Source: a virus (Duplodnaviria; Caudoviricetes). From it: a stretch of DNA of 26,088 bases. The stretch is taken from IMG/VR virus record IMGVR_UViG_3300037851_000206, positions 1 to 26,088 of that record. The stretch is one strand, 5' to 3'. Shown piece after piece: positions 23,983 to 26,088 of the stretch. Made by a program: the position numbers and the translations under genes. The notes below the pieces were generated by a model. It was given only the letters and a program-made list of their open reading frames with translations. It searched no databases and had not been told where the DNA came from. The stretch's first letter is position 1. Every line of letters begins with the position of its first letter.

Positions 23983-25674
23983 ATGGACATGACGCTTTCC
24001 AAGAACTTGAAGCGCTGGCTGGTTGCCAACGCGGGTGTGAAAGCGACGGCTGACGAAGCTACGTTTCAGAAGGCCGCCGCAGATGCCATGGTCAAGGGTG
24101 ATCTCACTGTCGCCAAGTACACCGAACTCGTTTCCGAGTCGGATGCTGAGGCGACCGAGTTTGCCAAGTCCATGCAGACGCTTGCCACCACGCTCCAGGG
24201 CGTGAAGGATGCACTCGTCACGAAGATGAAGGACGAGGACGAGGACGAGGACGAAGAGGAGGAGGAGGACGAGGAAGGTGAAGAGGATCCGAAGGCTCGT
24301 CTTGCCAAGCTCGGCAAGTCCGCCAAGGGCCAGCCGACCAAGACCAAGGCCGTCGCTTCCGAGTTCGAGAAAATGGTCACTCGCATCGGTGGGTTCGACA
24401 ACGAGCTCAAGGACGGGGAGTCCGTTTCGGTTCGCGTCAAGGAGGCTGCTGAGGCCTACTCGGACACGAAGTCGACGCTGACGTATCCGAGCCACACCAA
24501 GCAAGGCAAGCCCCATCCGTTCGCTGGGCGTCCTGTGGTGGACTTCAGCGAAGGCACGGGCCGCACGATGGATAGCCTGTCGGATCGCGACAAGGCTGTC
24601 TCCGGAGCGTTCGCCAAGTTCCTGGTGAACAAGGCTGTTCGCAAGAGTGCATCGGTGGCGTTCCAGACGCTGCCGCAGCATGACCGCGAGCTGCTCACGT
24701 TCGCGATGGAGAAGATGACGTGGGGCGGTTCCAGCGACGGAAGCGATCGGGCTGACATCGTCAACCGGAAGCTGACTCACCTGGAGCAGAAGTCGTTGAT
24801 CGACGATGCAACGTCCGGCGGTATTGAAGCCGCTCCGGTCGTGTTCGACGACAACGTGATCCAGACTCCGCTTCTCTACGGCGAGCTGTTCCCATTGGTC
24901 AACCAGATCCCGCTCGACCGCGGTCGACGGGTTGAAGGTGTGGCAACGGGCACGGTCACCGGCGGCTGGGGTGGTGTTGACGCCACTGCGGTGACGCTGT
25001 TCAATACGGCGAGCTACGTCTCGGCGTTTGACACGACCGTCTTCCGCTGGGAGGGTGCCCTTCGCATCGGCTTGGACTTCCTGTCCGACACGCCGATCGA
25101 CTTCGGTGCTCACGTCACTGCCCAGTACGGCGAGCGGCTGCTCCAGGATCTTGACAACGTGATCGCAACGGGCAACGGTTCTACCCAGCCTGAAGGGATC
25201 ATGAACAAGTCCGGAGCGACGAGTGTGTCGTGGGGCGGTGCGACGTCCATCGGAAACTACGAGTCGCTCCGATTCGGAGTTGCCAAGGCGGAGCATCGTT
25301 CGACGGTTGCTGCCACCGCAGTCTTCTGCGGTACGGAAACCAGCTACATGCGAGCCCGTGCGATCCCAGTGGGATCAAGCGATGCCCGTCGGCTGGGTTC
25401 GGCAGGAGCTTCCAACGCGGCGTCTGGTTACGGCGACTACACTTGGATGGATCGTCCGTACAAGATCAACGAGTCGCTCGAGAACACTGAGGTCTTCTAC
25501 GCGATCCTTGCCCGATACCGCATGTACCGGCGGCGTGGGTTGGCGATCCGGACCAGCACCGAAGGCGACACGCTGATCCGCCAGAACGCCATGCTCATGG
25601 TGGCGATGGCTCGTTACGGTGGCCAGATGGAGCGTGGGGCTTGCATCGCTCGCACCACGACTGCTCCGGCCTAA
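23983..25674 (+). CDS. Major capsid protein (HK97 fold) with a long N-terminal scaffold/delta region
   Basis: AGGAG RBS. Motifs QK-SLIDDATSGGIEAAP, DFLSDTPIDF and IATGNGSTQPEGI; followed by a terminator. Confidence 0.92.
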   Translation: MDMTLSKNLKRWLVANAGVKATADEATFQKAAADAMVKGDLTVAKYTELVSESDAEATEFAKSMQTLATTLQGVKDALVTKMKDEDEDEDEEEEEDEEGEEDPKARLAKLGKSAKGQPTKTKAVASEFEKMVTRIGGFDNELKDGESVSVRVKEAAEAYSDTKSTLTYPSHTKQGKPHPFAGRPVVDFSEGTGRTMDSLSDRDKAVSGAFAKFLVNKAVRKSASVAFQTLPQHDRELLTFAMEKMTWGGSSDGSDRADIVNRKLTHLEQKSLIDDATSGGIEAAPVVFDDNVIQTPLLYGELFPLVNQIPLDRGRRVEGVATGTVTGGWGGVDATAVTLFNTASYVSAFDTTVFRWEGALRIGLDFLSDTPIDFGAHVTAQYGERLLQDLDNVIATGNGSTQPEGIMNKSGATSVSWGGATSIGNYESLRFGVAKAEHRSTVAATAVFCGTETSYMRARAIPVGSSDARRLGSAGASNAASGYGDYTWMDRPYKINESLENTEVFYAILARYRMYRRRGLAIRTSTEGDTLIRQNAMLMVAMARYGGQMERGACIARTTTAPA

Positions 25675-25705
25675 TGCAAACCGTGCGGCTCTGCCGCACA
25701 GCTCA

Positions 25706-25758
25706 CCACCGAGCAGGGGGTTTCGTTCTTCTTCCCCCTGCTCGGTGGCTTTCGTTTC
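25706..25758 (+). terminator. Putative intrinsic terminator after the major capsid gene
   Basis: 15-bp stem ccaccgagcaggggg/ccccctgctcggtgg followed by ctttcgtttc. Confidence 0.7.
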
Positions 25759-25791
25759 AACCCAGAAGAACAACTCGAGGAAAGAAGAACT

Positions 25792-26088
25792 ATGGCTGAC
25801 GCGACAACGACAACCGAGAAGAGAAAACTGGCAGCGGTGCTGCCGTTTGTGTTTGAGGCGAGGGGGCGTCGTAACGACGACCTCCTCATCCAGTGTATCC
25901 CCGGCTGCCGCCTTCGATCTGCGATTGACGGCATGGCTCCTGTGGTTGATGCTCAAGGCCTCGCCCGCGTCCCGCTCGACCAGGCCAAGGCCCTTGCGTC
26001 GTTCCCCAAGACGCCTGGGATGCAGCTCCACGTCAATCCGGGTGCCTGCACCTACTCGATTGTGGACCCTCTGCATGGAAATACGAAG
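25792..26088 (+). CDS. Hypothetical protein, 3'-truncated by the window edge
   Basis: GAGG upstream and ATG at 25792; the frame is open to the end (MADATTTTEKRKLAAVLPFVFEARG...). Confidence 0.65.
   Translation, partial: MADATTTTEKRKLAAVLPFVFEARGRRNDDLLIQCIPGCRLRSAIDGMAPVVDAQGLARVPLDQAKALASFPKTPGMQLHVNPGACTYSIVDPLHGNTK

Larger units (their letters stand above)
1..26088 (+). mobile_element. Tailed dsDNA phage/prophage (Caudoviricetes, HK97-fold) virion morphogenesis region
   Basis: Portal, MuF, prohead protease, major capsid and head-completion genes are co-oriented with tight ATGA/GTGA/TGATG overlaps. No host housekeeping genes are seen. Confidence 0.95.

Noticed and set aside
23722-25296. 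524-aa - strand ORF opposite the capsid gene
   Set aside because: Antisense shadow of a strongly codon-biased GC-rich gene with no recognisable motifs, unlike the intein antisense ORF.

Overview
The window is a fragment of a tailed dsDNA phage or prophage structural region, coded almost entirely on the + strand. It holds a Gly-rich tail-fibre-like gene, head-completion proteins, a SAM methyltransferase, an HK97-type portal (6429-8114), a 1,659-aa MuF/gp7-type minor head polyprotein (9617-14596), an island of small early-type genes with DUF932, an HK97 prohead protease and the major capsid protein. The main observation is a dispersed protein tag, [K/R]-[A/V/G]-[F/W]-C-[P/A]-T-G-x-G-G-G-x-D-[N/P]-[S/T]-C-(S-P). 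It occurs as 11 full copies, 1 truncated copy and 2 alternative tags across 9 genes. Each tag precedes an unrelated cargo domain: zincin peptidase, RelA/SpoT-like synthetase, ParB-like, several ADP-ribosyltransferase-like, papain-like, topoisomerase IB, pentapeptide repeat and zeta-like kinase. Most tags follow a K-[A/S/V/G] dipeptide resembling the predicted capsid maturation site, and five stand-alone genes share a helical leader. I infer a modular system for loading effectors into the capsid, processing them with the prohead protease and ejecting them into the host. Two further oddities stand out. The MuF intein carries an endonuclease gene on the opposite strand with both strands fully open, and a U_UUU_UUC -1 slippery site sits exactly before the HExxH motif of one cargo. 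All family assignments come from motif recognition by eye; no database search was run.
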